From an uncultured virus (IMG/VR IMGVR_UViG_3300013382_000010) (Duplodnaviria > Heunggongvirae > Uroviricota > Caudoviricetes): a stretch of DNA of 64,000 bases. The stretch lies in IMG/VR virus record IMGVR_UViG_3300013382_000010, one strand, 5' to 3'. A program made the position numbers and the translations under genes. Within the stretch, counting starts at the first letter, position 1. Each line of letters opens with the position of its first letter. Below the pieces are notes generated by a model. The model was not told the DNA's origin, made no database searches, and saw only the letters and a program-made list of their open reading frames with translations. This document shows positions 52,001 through 62,375 of this stretch, in pieces.

Positions 52001-54186
52001 ATTTGCAATATGCTTTACGATTGATAAACAGAGATAGGTATCCTAATTATACAGAAGCATCTTTAGATTCTATGGAATAGAATGATGATATTGATTATTA
52101 TAGAGTTCCATTATGTAGAGCAGAATCTAGAGCTAATTAGAGAGATGCGGGATTGAAAGAAAAACGTAACCCTGATACTGGTGAAATGGAATCTTATTCC
52201 AGTAGTTTATGGCAATCTTTTGTAGATACTTTAAAAGCATTTTCCTTTAAGAATGCCTTTAAGGAAATGTAGGAGAAGATTAATGGAATATTTACAGAAG
52301 ACGATACTGCTTACAATAATGCTGCCAAACTGTTTGATTTAACTACATCGTTTGATAGAAATGAGCCAAATGCTTCTGGAAACTTATAGGATAGATTGGA
52401 TAATATAGCTACTAAAGGTACAGGATATTTTGAATAGAATCTTGAAACTCTTACATTAAAACATGTATTTGCCTATTCTACTAAAAAGAGAATTAATGAA
52501 ATTATGCCTACAGTAAAAGCCGGTATGGCATTTCTTATTAATATGGGAAATACTCAGAACACTAATTTTACTAATGACTTGGAATATTATGAAAACTATA
52601 TTAGAAATAAGATAAAAGGCCAGCCTTTGGAAAATGACCCTATATTAGGTAACTCTAAAGGAGCGTAGGGGGTTAAAGCTACCGCTGCTAAAATAAGAAG
52701 TGCAGCAAGTTTCTTAGCTTTAGGTTTGAATCCAATTCAGTGGTTTTATCAGAGATTGTAGGGTATATGGACTGATATAGCTTTAATTATCCGTAAACCT
52801 GATGGAAATCCTGCATTTACTTTTAAAAACATGGTAGATGCATATAAGACTGTAAATAAGGACTTATTCCACTATTCCGATAAACCTACTAAATGTCAAC
52901 TTATTAATGAATTGTATGGAATAAATGATATGGATATGAATCAGTATGCAGATAAATTACGTACTGATAAACATGGATTATTCCATATAAATGAACTTGC
53001 TTTTAAATTTACTTCTAGGCCTGACTTCTATAACAGAATGACTATTATATTAGCGTAGATGAAAGAGTAGGGAGTATGGGATGCTTTAGAGGTAAAGGAT
53101 AACAAGCTAGTATATAATTGGAAGAAAGATAAAAGATTTAGTGCTTATGCTAATAATGAAACTTCTAATCCAGACTATATTAAATAGAAGAGTTTATATT
53201 TAGCAATAGCTTAGCAATTTGTAGCTGAAGGTGTATAGAACCCTGATGGGTCTTTATTTGAAATAGGACAACCTCTACCATACGCCTACACCAATAGAGA
53301 AATGGAATCTATGAAATCTTTATGTGATACAATCTATGGATATTATTCACATGAAAAGAAATCTATGATACATTCTACTTTCTTGGGAAGTTTGTTTATG
53401 CAAATGAGAACCTATTGGTCAGGTAAGAAAAATCAGTATATGTTAAAAGGCGGTGTAAGATTAAGAGGCCATTGGGAACAATTAAAAGATTCTGATGGAA
53501 ATCTACTATATTATCAGACTGATGCCGATGGTAATTTAGATAGAGATGTTCCTCCAGTACCTAAAGAACAAGTTAAAAACTAGTAGATGTTAATACCATT
53601 TACTTAGTGGAAAGGTCAGTGGGAAGAAGGAATTGTGCAAACTTTTGCAAATACTTTAAGAGCTTTACATAGAGATGATGCCGTAGATTGGTATAATCCT
53701 TATACTTGGGTATACGGATATAATAAATATCTAGATACTCTAGATCCTTCTATGAGAGCTACTTACAGACAAAATTTAAGATAGCTATGGGTAGATTTAA
53801 TAGGAACTCTGTTATTAGGCTCTCTTATAGGAGGTATTTTATCAGAAAAAGATAAAGATCTTATTAAAGAAGCTAAAGATAGTGGAGACCTTACAGATGC
53901 CATGCTTGCTTCTATATCACATATAGGTGTACGGTCTTGGGTAAATTCTGCAGCTGATTTTAATGCTTTAAATAATGTAATTAGCCCAGCTTTGGATTGG
54001 AAACCTTATTGTTTTCAATCTATAGGTAACTTAGCCCAAAGAACTTTTAATACTTTTACAGGTGATTAGTCTGCTTATAACAATATTATAAATTCATTCT
54101 CAGCAACTAAAGCCATTCAACCAGTATTTACTTATATTGCTCCAGATGGTGGGTATATATTCCCACAAGACGAAGATCAACAATAA
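49093..54186 (+). CDS. Large virion-module protein with a PD-(D/E)XK nuclease domain (~1697 aa)
   Basis: RGTAIH...PEF...GIIDLLV...IFDYKCS...YYQQAIY. Fragments 49318 to 53302 are in frame; ends at TAA before the terminator. Confidence 0.8.
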
Positions 54187-54236
54187 AAAAAATAGCCCAC
54201 AGTAGTCATTAAGATTACTGTGGGCTTTATTTTTAT
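54187..54236. terminator. Bidirectional terminator between the convergent modules
   Basis: A-tract, AGCCCACAGTAGTC ... GATTACTGTGGGCT stem, T-tract. Confidence 0.9.
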
Positions 54237-54283
54237 AAAAAAAAATAGGGGAAGAAAACCTGATTTCTCAGATTCTCTCCCCC
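54237..54283 (-). terminator. Second terminator for the minus-strand operon
   Basis: A-tract followed by an imperfect GGGGAAGAA ... TTCTCTCCCC stem, giving a U-tail on the minus strand. Confidence 0.65.
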
Positions 54284-54298
54284 AAACAGTTTAACAAT

Positions 54299-54982
54299 TT
54301 AAATATCCATTACTAATGGACTATATTTATAGTCATATTTATTATCTACAATACTTACGCAAGCTGTATTTATTCCATCATAATTGACTATATTATGATT
54401 ACAGCTATGCAGATGCCCAAAGAAATGATATTTAGGCGCAATACCTTCTACTCTCCTTTTATCTAATATTTCTTTTAATTCTCGATTTCCCAAATGTTCT
54501 TTGTCCCCCAATAATACATCACTTTCTCTATAAGCAGCATCGTGAGTAAGTAATATGTCACAATTCTTAGACATCTTATTAAAATCTCCTAACTCTTTTT
54601 CAGGACTATACATAAATGCCCAATTTCCAAATATATGACAGTCTGGAGAACCAAATATTACATATGTTTTACCTTCTGAATTTGTATATTCAGCAGATTC
54701 ATTACATAAATATGTAATATTAGTACCACTAAGTATATTCTTTAATTTTTTGGCACTATTTTCAAAATATATGTCATGATTTCCTCCTACAAGATATATA
54801 TTCTTTACATCAATATCTTTACACCAAGGTATAAAATATTCTCTTACCCAATTAAATACTTTTTCATAATTAAATTGTATTTCTAGTGGAACTATATCCC
54901 CACATATAAATAAGCAATCTAAATTTGTATATTCTATAGGAATCAAATTTCCATGTAAATCACTTAATGCACATATCTTCAT
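54299..54982 (-). CDS. Calcineurin-like metallophosphoesterase
   Basis: SDLHG, CGD, GNHD, LLTH and FGHLH motifs. Confidence 0.92.
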   Translation of the reverse strand: MKICALSDLHGNLIPIEYTNLDCLFICGDIVPLEIQFNYEKVFNWVREYFIPWCKDIDVKNIYLVGGNHDIYFENSAKKLKNILSGTNITYLCNESAEYTNSEGKTYVIFGSPDCHIFGNWAFMYSPEKELGDFNKMSKNCDILLTHDAAYRESDVLLGDKEHLGNRELKEILDKRRVEGIAPKYHFFGHLHSCNHNIVNYDGINTACVSIVDNKYDYKYSPLVMDI

Positions 54983-55034
54983 ATACTATATATTACATAG
55001 TTTTTATCAGTATCAACAAAGAGAGCTGAATCTT

Positions 55035-55256
55035 TTAATCTTTCAACAGCTTTGACTTATATTCTAAATATTTAGTTAAGAAATTAATAGCATCTAGCTC
55101 ACCTCTAGTTAAAGAAATAACTCTTTCGCCAATTGTAATATCCCAACCCTCTCCATTAGTCCATTCAGTAACTTCGATAATTTTATCTTCATCATTACAA
55201 AGGTAGTCATAAATCTTTAAATTATCGTAAACAGATTTTCTATTCTTTATTTCCAT
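55035..55256 (-). CDS. Hypothetical protein
   Basis: 73-aa ORF within the operon; IEVTEWTNGEGWDI. Confidence 0.75.
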   Translation of the reverse strand: MEIKNRKSVYDNLKIYDYLCNDEDKIIEVTEWTNGEGWDITIGERVISLTRGELDAINFLTKYLEYKSKLLKD

Positions 55257-55261
55257 AATTT

Positions 55262-56341
55262 TTAAAATCCTAATTTAGAAGATTTTTTTGCAGAGAAGTC
55301 ATTGTCTTCAGTATTATAAATTTCAGCTAATGTCATAGGCTTATTAAATTCTGGACGAAGTTTGTGTACCTTATCTGCAGTGAGTTTATTAAATATATAC
55401 TTTAATTTTAATCTACCTTTACGAAGTAATGCTTTATCAATATTAGATTCATCTGTATTATAAGTACATATAAATTTGAGATTTAAAGCATCTCCTAAAA
55501 TACCATCACTCAGATTAAGTAATGCAGATATAGCTGAGTTACCCCCTAAATCTCTACTCTTAAGAAGAGTATCACAGTCTTCCAATACTAATACTGAATT
55601 AGCTCCTTTCTTTATTAAGAATGTCATAAATGCCGTAGAATCTATATTCATTAAAGTATCAGCCGTAAGTAATATAAATTGCTGTTTACAATCATGGATG
55701 AGCTTCTTGATTATAGTCGTCTTACCGGTTCCACATGGGCCACTAAACAACATTAGTCCAGAAGATTCACTATCACAAAACTCTACCATCTTATCATAAG
55801 GTAGATCGTCATTATAATTATCGAGAGATATATTTAGATTATGTTTTACAGTTAATACCGTACTGTCAAACAATCCTTTAGTATTCTGAGTAATATAAGT
55901 AAATTCAGCATCTTTATTATTACTATCCTCAATAGGCTTTATAAAAGATTCTAGAATAGTGGGCTTGGTAGCAGAATATACAATTAACTCTTTAGAGTAT
56001 TCACTAATGTAATATACTAATACAAGGACTTCTTTATAAATATAAAGAATTGCATCACTACCATTAGCACTTATAAAAGTCCTACTAAATTCTGCATTCT
56101 TGTTCAATTCTTTAATAAAGAAATTTAAATCGATAAACTTATAATCAGTTAGAGATTTAATAAATAATCTCTCTACGAAAGAATCTATTTCTATTTTACC
56201 GTCTTTATCTATAAACAAACTCCATACTTGATATGGCTTTCCGAACATTAATTGATAAAGATAATCATATTTATCGTCTAAGCACCAATCTTTCAAAATG
56301 GAGGTTATAGCCCCTTCGTATTTAGTTATATTACTTTCCAT
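55262..56341 (-). CDS. AAA+ ATPase
   Basis: GPCGTGKT, LVLEDCD, LLNLSDG, TYN and IDKALLRKGRL (second region of homology). Confidence 0.92.
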   Translation of the reverse strand: MESNITKYEGAITSILKDWCLDDKYDYLYQLMFGKPYQVWSLFIDKDGKIEIDSFVERLFIKSLTDYKFIDLNFFIKELNKNAEFSRTFISANGSDAILYIYKEVLVLVYYISEYSKELIVYSATKPTILESFIKPIEDSNNKDAEFTYITQNTKGLFDSTVLTVKHNLNISLDNYNDDLPYDKMVEFCDSESSGLMLFSGPCGTGKTTIIKKLIHDCKQQFILLTADTLMNIDSTAFMTFLIKKGANSVLVLEDCDTLLKSRDLGGNSAISALLNLSDGILGDALNLKFICTYNTDESNIDKALLRKGRLKLKYIFNKLTADKVHKLRPEFNKPMTLAEIYNTEDNDFSAKKSSKLGF

Positions 56342-56573
56342 TAGTCAATTCAATTTCTTTATTTAAATACCATGCAGCTTTCTTCAAATCTTCTGTACCA
56401 TTTTTATAATGACTTCTCCATAAATATTTAAAAGCATTTAGGTGACAAAATGTTTTAACATTATCATCTCCGAAAGCTGCTTTCATAGCATCTATACATT
56501 CTATCCCACCTTGATTGTAATGAGTGGGATGGTTCACATTGTCAGTTGTTTTTTCAGTTGCTTTTGCTACCAT
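56331..56573 (-). CDS. DUF3310 protein (T7 gp1.7-like nucleotide kinase family)
   Basis: DNVNHPTHYNQGGIECID...NAFKYLWR..KNGTEDLKKAAWYL. Confidence 0.9.
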   Translation of the reverse strand: MVAKATEKTTDNVNHPTHYNQGGIECIDAMKAAFGDDNVKTFCHLNAFKYLWRSHYKNGTEDLKKAAWYLNKEIELTNGK

Positions 56574-56836
56574 ATATTACCACCTTTTATATAAATTCTA
56601 TCTTTAGAGTAATACTCATATTTCTCGTTAGTAATAGTATCTACTACTGTTAATACATATCCATTAGGCACTCTTGAGATATAAGATTTAAATGAATTGG
56701 TTGGATTATGAAATACCATTTCATTTTTCTCACCATAAGTTTCATATATTAAATTATATCTATTTAAGTGCCTATAGGGATGTGTATTAGTACAGTTAAT
56801 ACATACTAAAGATAGCAGTATTATTATATATTTCAA
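56567..56836 (-). CDS. Hypothetical protein with a signal/lipoprotein-like N-terminus
   Basis: MKYIIILLSLVCINC N-terminus; ends at TAG. Confidence 0.65.
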   Translation of the reverse strand: MKYIIILLSLVCINCTNTHPYRHLNRYNLIYETYGEKNEMVFHNPTNSFKSYISRVPNGYVLTVVDTITNEKYEYYSKDRIYIKGGNIW

Positions 56837-56848
56837 TCTTAAAATATA

Positions 56849-57241
56849 TTAATCTATAAAACAATATACTCCTTTTATATCAGAATATTCTGCATTATTA
56901 TGAATATCGTATAGAAATTTAATGTAATCTCTTACAGCTTCTAAGTCTTCAAGATATTCCTTCTTATCAACTATATCCTGAACATCTGGAGATTTAACTT
57001 CTTTTGCAGTGTTAATATATAATTGAGCATTGTTTATCTGCCCTTGCAAATCGTTTAGTATGGAATTAAAAGTGTATTCAGTAATTTCTTTCTTTTCCCC
57101 TTCAGAAGAATAAAAGTTACCTGCTTCATATACTGTTTGATATATATCAGAATTTCTAGATATACTATCAAATAGAATAAAGATAGGTTCTTTCATATCC
57201 CTCTTCTTTACCTTAAAATATATATTTAAATAGCTACTCAT
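56849..57241 (-). CDS. Hypothetical protein
   Basis: 130-aa ORF tiling the operon. Confidence 0.75.
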   Translation of the reverse strand: MSSYLNIYFKVKKRDMKEPIFILFDSISRNSDIYQTVYEAGNFYSSEGEKKEITEYTFNSILNDLQGQINNAQLYINTAKEVKSPDVQDIVDKKEYLEDLEAVRDYIKFLYDIHNNAEYSDIKGVYCFID

Positions 57242-57244
57242 AAT

Positions 57245-58108
57245 TTATACAAAATATTCTTTAGGACAACCATGTTCTTCAAGGAACTTATTTATCTGTT
57301 CCTTTACCATTCTCATTACTATCTTGCAATTAGGATGTGCCACACCATACTTATCATACAGCCTAAGGTCAAGAATATCTTTCCATTCCTTTATGGTATA
57401 GGTATATATAACCTTAGTAGCTGTATCCAATGGTAGAACGCCTCTTGCATTCTCAGGCTTAAAGCCGTTTTCAAGCATACCTTTATAAGAAGCATAAGCA
57501 TTCTCCATGTAGTTTAAGTAATCATCCTGTTTCTTTTCATCAGTATCACTCCACCACCATGGCTTACATATATCCAAACCATCTTTTGATGAACAGTATC
57601 TTGTAGACCTCTCAGCAATGTTGTTAGGAGACTTACGATTCAATTCCCTTGAAGTTGCAATCTGAGTGGTAATGCAGAAGGTCATGCGAAGACTCTTGAA
57701 ATATTCAGGATTCTTTTCACACTGCTTTAAGAACTCAGGAGCATCCATAGTGACCACAGAACCCTCTTGTAAATTATCTATAGCGTCTCCTACATTCCCA
57801 AACATATATTCTTGCATATTACAAGAGACACAGCCCCAATCCTTGAACACGTTGGAGGATATTGTGAAAGTTATGGACTCCTGTTCTATCTTGGACAACC
57901 TTGATAAGTCCAAATATACAGAACCATGCCTAAGCATACTAAGATGGCCTTTATTTATAAGACCTTGCACAAGTTTATTATCTTGCTCTAGAGTATGGGG
58001 TTTATCCTCCCCACCATAACATACCCTCGCACATCTTGCTATATGTTGATTAGAGGTTACTTTACTTTCATCAAAAAATTCAACTTTCGGTTCTATTAAT
58101 TTTAGCAT
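57245..58108 (-). CDS. thyX: FAD-dependent thymidylate synthase
   Basis: IARCARVCY, GHLSMLRH, SRELNR...ERSTRYC, ARGVLP, LR...AHP. Confidence 0.88.
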   Translation of the reverse strand: MLKLIEPKVEFFDESKVTSNQHIARCARVCYGGEDKPHTLEQDNKLVQGLINKGHLSMLRHGSVYLDLSRLSKIEQESITFTISSNVFKDWGCVSCNMQEYMFGNVGDAIDNLQEGSVVTMDAPEFLKQCEKNPEYFKSLRMTFCITTQIATSRELNRKSPNNIAERSTRYCSSKDGLDICKPWWWSDTDEKKQDDYLNYMENAYASYKGMLENGFKPENARGVLPLDTATKVIYTYTIKEWKDILDLRLYDKYGVAHPNCKIVMRMVKEQINKFLEEHGCPKEYFV

Positions 58109-58307
58109 TTTCTAATAATTTTTTACCTTTTTCAGTTAATCTAAATGTTGTATTGGAATTTGTAATACTATCTATATCATTTAGTATATCCATGATGGCA
58201 TTACCATCTCCTATTGGTATAAACTTTCCTATATCAAGGTCTCCGCATTCTACATATATTCCATTATCAAAGAAATGAAATACGGCTGTTGTGTTTTCTC
58301 CTGTCAT
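58080..58307 (-). CDS. Hypothetical protein
   Basis: 75-aa ORF overlapping both neighbours. Confidence 0.65.
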   Translation of the reverse strand: MTGENTTAVFHFFDNGIYVECGDLDIGKFIPIGDGNAIMDILNDIDSITNSNTTFRLTEKGKKLLENAKINRTES

Positions 58308-59374
58308 TCTTTTTCTAGTATTACTTCTGTAAACATTTGATTCTTAAGTTTGTACCAAGTATTTGCCTTAATACGTTCACCATCAACATACTCTGTTTTC
58401 ACATACTTGGGAACTCTTTGTTTCATCATGTCGTCCCATGCCCATTCTGTAAGTGTAATCCAAGAACCAACTTCTGCTTTTACAACGGATTTGTCTCCTG
58501 CACACATGATTATAGAATCTTTACCAGTGCTGACAATCTTAGTAGAGTCACCACTCGAATTGATTATAGCACGGTTACCACTCGAACAAACATGAGCACA
58601 GTAACCTGTGGAACTAATCCGGGCGAAATAACCACTTGAACCAATTTGAACATAGTAGTCACTCGAACTAATTTGAGCGTAGTCACCTTCGGAAAGAATT
58701 TTAGCAAAATCACCGCTAGAACTGACCTGAGCAAAATTCCCACTAGAACCAATATTGGCAGAATTACCACTAGAACTAATTTTGGCATAGTCTCTGTCTG
58801 AACTAATCCAGGCATGGTCATCACTCGAACTAATCCTAACATAGAAACTACTATTATCGTTTGGGCCAGTTGTTTTTTCCGTCTTAGATTGTGAAGTAAT
58901 ATTCTTTAGCCATTTAATACATATTTTGATAATGTCAGAAAGTTTTAGCTCAACCTTAATTTTAATACGAGAAGAACAAACTTTTGTTGAGTTATCTCCT
59001 CTATCAATTTTACCAGATTGCTCAACCTCGGCAAAGCGGGAGTTGACTATATCATAATAGTTAAAAACTTCCCAAGGTGATCCACACGCGTGAAAACCAC
59101 GGCTGCAACATTTAATATCACCATCCACCTCGTATTCTTTACCAACTTCGTACTGAAAGCCCCGACACTGCATATTTTTATCGAAGCCTTTGTAGGACTT
59201 TATTACTCTATCTTCTTTCATATTCCCAATATTTAACCTAAAAATAAAATTATCACATTCATTTACATCATCTGACATTGCTATCTCATCCCAACACCTA
59301 CCTTTGTCTTGGTAAATGCAAGATCTGCTACAATGTTCCCTTATATCTATATTCTTTTCGTCAACCATAATCAA
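58304..59374 (-). CDS. Phage protein with a YKGF...GFHAC domain and 9-aa SSG repeats (probable beta-solenoid)
   Basis: SYKGFDKNMQCRGFQYEVGKEY...GFHAC; repeats such as SSGNSANIG/SSGNFAQVS/SSGDFAKIL; ends VDGERIKANTWYKL. Confidence 0.8.
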   Translation of the reverse strand: MIMVDEKNIDIREHCSRSCIYQDKGRCWDEIAMSDDVNECDNFIFRLNIGNMKEDRVIKSYKGFDKNMQCRGFQYEVGKEYEVDGDIKCCSRGFHACGSPWEVFNYYDIVNSRFAEVEQSGKIDRGDNSTKVCSSRIKIKVELKLSDIIKICIKWLKNITSQSKTEKTTGPNDNSSFYVRISSSDDHAWISSDRDYAKISSSGNSANIGSSGNFAQVSSSGDFAKILSEGDYAQISSSDYYVQIGSSGYFARISSTGYCAHVCSSGNRAIINSSGDSTKIVSTGKDSIIMCAGDKSVVKAEVGSWITLTEWAWDDMMKQRVPKYVKTEYVDGERIKANTWYKLKNQMFTEVILEKE

Positions 59375-60057
59375 TCTTCCTTATAGTCATTAAAAGTGCC
59401 TATGAGTTTGGCGGTATCTTTGTTGTAGGGAAGTATCTCGCTATACCATCCACCAATACAGTAGTAAGATTTATCATCAGCATAGCCGAATATTTCAGGG
59501 CGCCAAGCATCCCCATTATATCTTGCTACCACCTTTTCATAAGGCTCAAACTTAGGCTTAGTAGGCTTGTTAGGAATTATCTCTAAGGTCTCCATGCTGA
59601 ACTTGCTATTAAAGGTTTCCTCAACTTCCTTGATATATTCCCTCGCCTCTTCTGGACTGACTTTTTCGTACCAGTCTTCTACACTTTCTTTAGTAACTTC
59701 TGGGGCAATAAATACTCCATCTGCTCTATTGTATCGCATATATTTTGCTTCAAAACAAGTGTAGGAATCATCTGAGAACTTATCAAAGAAACAAAACATA
59801 TTTCCATCACTTTTGAGTATGTCACCTCTTTTCCATGCGAACTTTGACCAGTCGCACATTTCCTTAGAGGGGAATAACATGAGGTCTCCACCCCTGCTGT
59901 ATCTACCATCTCCGTAAAAGTTACGCTTTTCCTCTGCATTAATTTTCACAAAAATGATTCCATCATTATCTATATGGTCAAAAGTAACATATCCCCAAAT
60001 AGGAGTATAGAGCTTGGTGCCTTGTGACTTGTTTTTAAGAATTTCCGCTATGTTCAT
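59371..60057 (-). CDS. Hypothetical phage protein
   Basis: MNIAEILKNKSQGTKLYTPIWG...LFPSKEMCDWSKF...LPYNKDTAKLIGT. Confidence 0.78.
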   Translation of the reverse strand: MNIAEILKNKSQGTKLYTPIWGYVTFDHIDNDGIIFVKINAEEKRNFYGDGRYSRGGDLMLFPSKEMCDWSKFAWKRGDILKSDGNMFCFFDKFSDDSYTCFEAKYMRYNRADGVFIAPEVTKESVEDWYEKVSPEEAREYIKEVEETFNSKFSMETLEIIPNKPTKPKFEPYEKVVARYNGDAWRPEIFGYADDKSYYCIGGWYSEILPYNKDTAKLIGTFNDYKED

Positions 60058-60078
60058 AATTTTAATGGTATTGAAAGT

Positions 60079-60320
60079 TTATACATTTAAAGTATATTTA
60101 GTAATCCAGTCACCACACTGTTCACATGTACCCAAATCCTCATAATTTCCTTGAGATTCTATCAAGTTTATTAGAGTTTGTTGTAAAGTACCTATATCAG
60201 ATATTTTATCAACAGCTTTTTTAATAGCTGCTTTTATATCTTCTATAGGTAATTCAACAGATTCTTTACCATCTATAGTTAAAGAATCACATATACATCC
60301 TGAAATACTTACTAATTTCA
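60079..60320 (-). CDS. Hypothetical protein with a C-terminal CxxC
   Basis: Probable start MKLVSISG; ISGCICDS and CEQCGD. The start codon is uncertain. Confidence 0.65.
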
Positions 60321-60620
60321 TATTTGATCTGATAACCATCCTTCGCTGTCCTTACATGTATGAAATTCACAATAAGGGCATCCCCATTCTACTGATAAAC
60401 AACACATATCAATATCTTTTTTATTAGGCAATCCATCAAATAATTTATTCATTTCTTCTTCTGGAAATACCCATTTAGAGTTAAAATATATGTCTAAATT
60501 CTCAGAATCCATTATCTGAACATCTCCATCTAAAACATTATTAAAGAACTCTTTTATATATTCTAGATTCTTAGGATCTGTTGAATATACCCTGAGTGTA
60601 TTCTCGCAAATGTTAGCCAT
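60318..60620 (-). CDS. Hypothetical protein (possibly DUF1281/YubB ferredoxin-like)
   Basis: MANICENTL...FNSKW..P...EWG pattern; start placed at the second Met. Confidence 0.55.
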   Translation of the reverse strand: MANICENTLRVYSTDPKNLEYIKEFFNNVLDGDVQIMDSENLDIYFNSKWVFPEEEMNKLFDGLPNKKDIDMCCLSVEWGCPYCEFHTCKDSEGWLSDQI

Positions 60621-61242
60621 TATTTTCAATTTTAGAATTTATAATATCTAATATCTGATTCCAAGATATTGGATAATAATTATTATTATCTACTCCTACA
60701 TCATATTGATAAGGAAATGTCATATTTAGTCTAGATGTATCTTTATTTTCATTATTTTGATTACTATGGACATGCCCATACAGTTGTATTACAGCATGAT
60801 TGGGTTCTCTGTACGTTCCCCCATAGCACAAGAATGGATAGTGATTTAAATATACATATCTTCCGTCGATATTAAGAAGTAATTGAGAAGCTACTCCTTC
60901 AAATAAATCAAATGTCTGGTGCCCTGGATACCGCAGATCGTCATGGTTACCTACAATCAAATAGATATGCCCATTTAGACTATTAATTATTTCTTTCCAT
61001 CTACCATTAGTAGCAAATGCAAAATCCCCTAAATGGAATACTATATCTTCAGGTTTTACTACTTTATTCCAATTTTCTATCAGAGCATTATCCATTTCTT
61101 CTACAGTATTCCACGGACGATTACAGAATTTAATTATATTTCTATGACCAAAATGGGTATCAGAGGTAAACCAAATATTTACCTCTGAAGTGCTTAATTT
61201 TAAAGGTTTAATATATTCCATTACAACAGATATTTTATCCAA
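60613..61242 (-). CDS. Calcineurin-like metallophosphoesterase
   Basis: FTSDTHFGH, HLGDF, GNHD, NHYP, YGHVH and DVGVD motifs. Confidence 0.92.
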   Translation of the reverse strand: MDKISVVMEYIKPLKLSTSEVNIWFTSDTHFGHRNIIKFCNRPWNTVEEMDNALIENWNKVVKPEDIVFHLGDFAFATNGRWKEIINSLNGHIYLIVGNHDDLRYPGHQTFDLFEGVASQLLLNIDGRYVYLNHYPFLCYGGTYREPNHAVIQLYGHVHSNQNNENKDTSRLNMTFPYQYDVGVDNNNYYPISWNQILDIINSKIENNG

Positions 61243-61580
61243 GCATAATGCTTTCTGTGATTTATATAATCGGAGTTTTCCTCATTAGTATATGCTTCTT
61301 GTTCTAATGACAAACTTCTATAAACTCTTTTAAAGTAACTCCTACCGGGTTTAGAAAAATTCTTAGTCAATGAAGGTATAAAGAATTTTATAATAAATTC
61401 TAACCCATAAATTAAGAAGAAACCGATTATAAGAGTTTCTTTATACTGCTCCCAATGAATAGCTTCGTGATTAATATCTTCTCCACTAAGAGTAGAATCT
61501 TTTTTAATGAAGATAAATGGGCCAATTGTTAAAGCCTTAAAACCAGATGGTGGTAGAATTTTATTTACAATGATTTTCAT
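61221..61580 (-). CDS. Membrane-associated protein with an HExxH motif
   Basis: NHEAIHWEQ, a hydrophobic stretch, and EQEAY. Confidence 0.7.
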   Translation of the reverse strand: MKIIVNKILPPSGFKALTIGPFIFIKKDSTLSGEDINHEAIHWEQYKETLIIGFFLIYGLEFIIKFFIPSLTKNFSKPGRSYFKRVYRSLSLEQEAYTNEENSDYINHRKHYAWIKYLL

Positions 61581-61596
61581 ATATATAAAATTTAAG

Positions 61597-61872
61597 TTAA
61601 TCTTCTATTACGTCTAAGTTATCTTCTGTCCAATTAGAGCATTCTTTTATAAGATATTCAGAATATTCCTTATTCGGTAAAACCTTTCTTTGAAGATAAC
61701 TCTTAAATTCACTTATTAATTCTATTGGTGTTAGATGAGAATATATATATCCTTCTTTTAGATTTACATATTCTTCATCTAATTTATCATAATCTGTTAA
61801 TACATTATCAACAGATTTACTTAAAGTTTGTGAACATAGAACACAAACTGGCTTTCTTATAATATTATTCAT
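61597..61872 (-). CDS. Hypothetical protein
   Basis: Start placed at ATG 61872, overlapping the end of the upstream gene. Confidence 0.7.
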   Translation of the reverse strand: MNNIIRKPVCVLCSQTLSKSVDNVLTDYDKLDEEYVNLKEGYIYSHLTPIELISEFKSYLQRKVLPNKEYSEYLIKECSNWTEDNLDVIED

Positions 61873-62371
61873 TGTAAGCAAGTATTCTATAATCTTGATA
61901 ATTAGGAGCAATTTTCAAAAGTGCTTTACAATAAGTTCTTATCTTATACACTAATTGATCGTAACTTCCCATTTCGTGAACTTTTGGATTAAATTTGCAG
62001 TAATATTCTTTATTTGTTGCCAATTCCATATAAGAATCTAGTACTGAATTTATATAATAAGGAAATGATATATTTAACAGATCTTCTGGATGCCATAATA
62101 TATCATATAGAGTATTGGGTTCGACTATTAAAGCTGAAGTTCTATCTTTACAATGCTTGGCCATTTTAATTAGAGTATCTTCAATTCTCGTATGAAACCA
62201 AACTTTATACCTATAAGACTTTTCACCTATTGTGGCACTATCAATATCTGGAAAATATTTAGATACTTCTTTTTTAGTACCAAACTCCATAAATTCTCCA
62301 CCTTCGCTAAGACACACTCCAGTAGTCTCAAATACTCTAGGATTTTTATCTATTATATATAAATGTAACAT
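61865..62371 (-). CDS. Hypothetical protein
   Basis: 168-aa ORF tiling the operon. Confidence 0.7.
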   Translation of the reverse strand: MLHLYIIDKNPRVFETTGVCLSEGGEFMEFGTKKEVSKYFPDIDSATIGEKSYRYKVWFHTRIEDTLIKMAKHCKDRTSALIVEPNTLYDILWHPEDLLNISFPYYINSVLDSYMELATNKEYYCKFNPKVHEMGSYDQLVYKIRTYCKALLKIAPNYQDYRILAYNE

Positions 62372-62375
62372 AATT

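Noticed and set aside
2956..54186. Apparent mass pseudogenisation of + strand genes
   Set aside because: The interruptions I read are TAG, fragments keep the same frame, and joined genes tile with start/stop overlaps; this fits recoding rather than decay.
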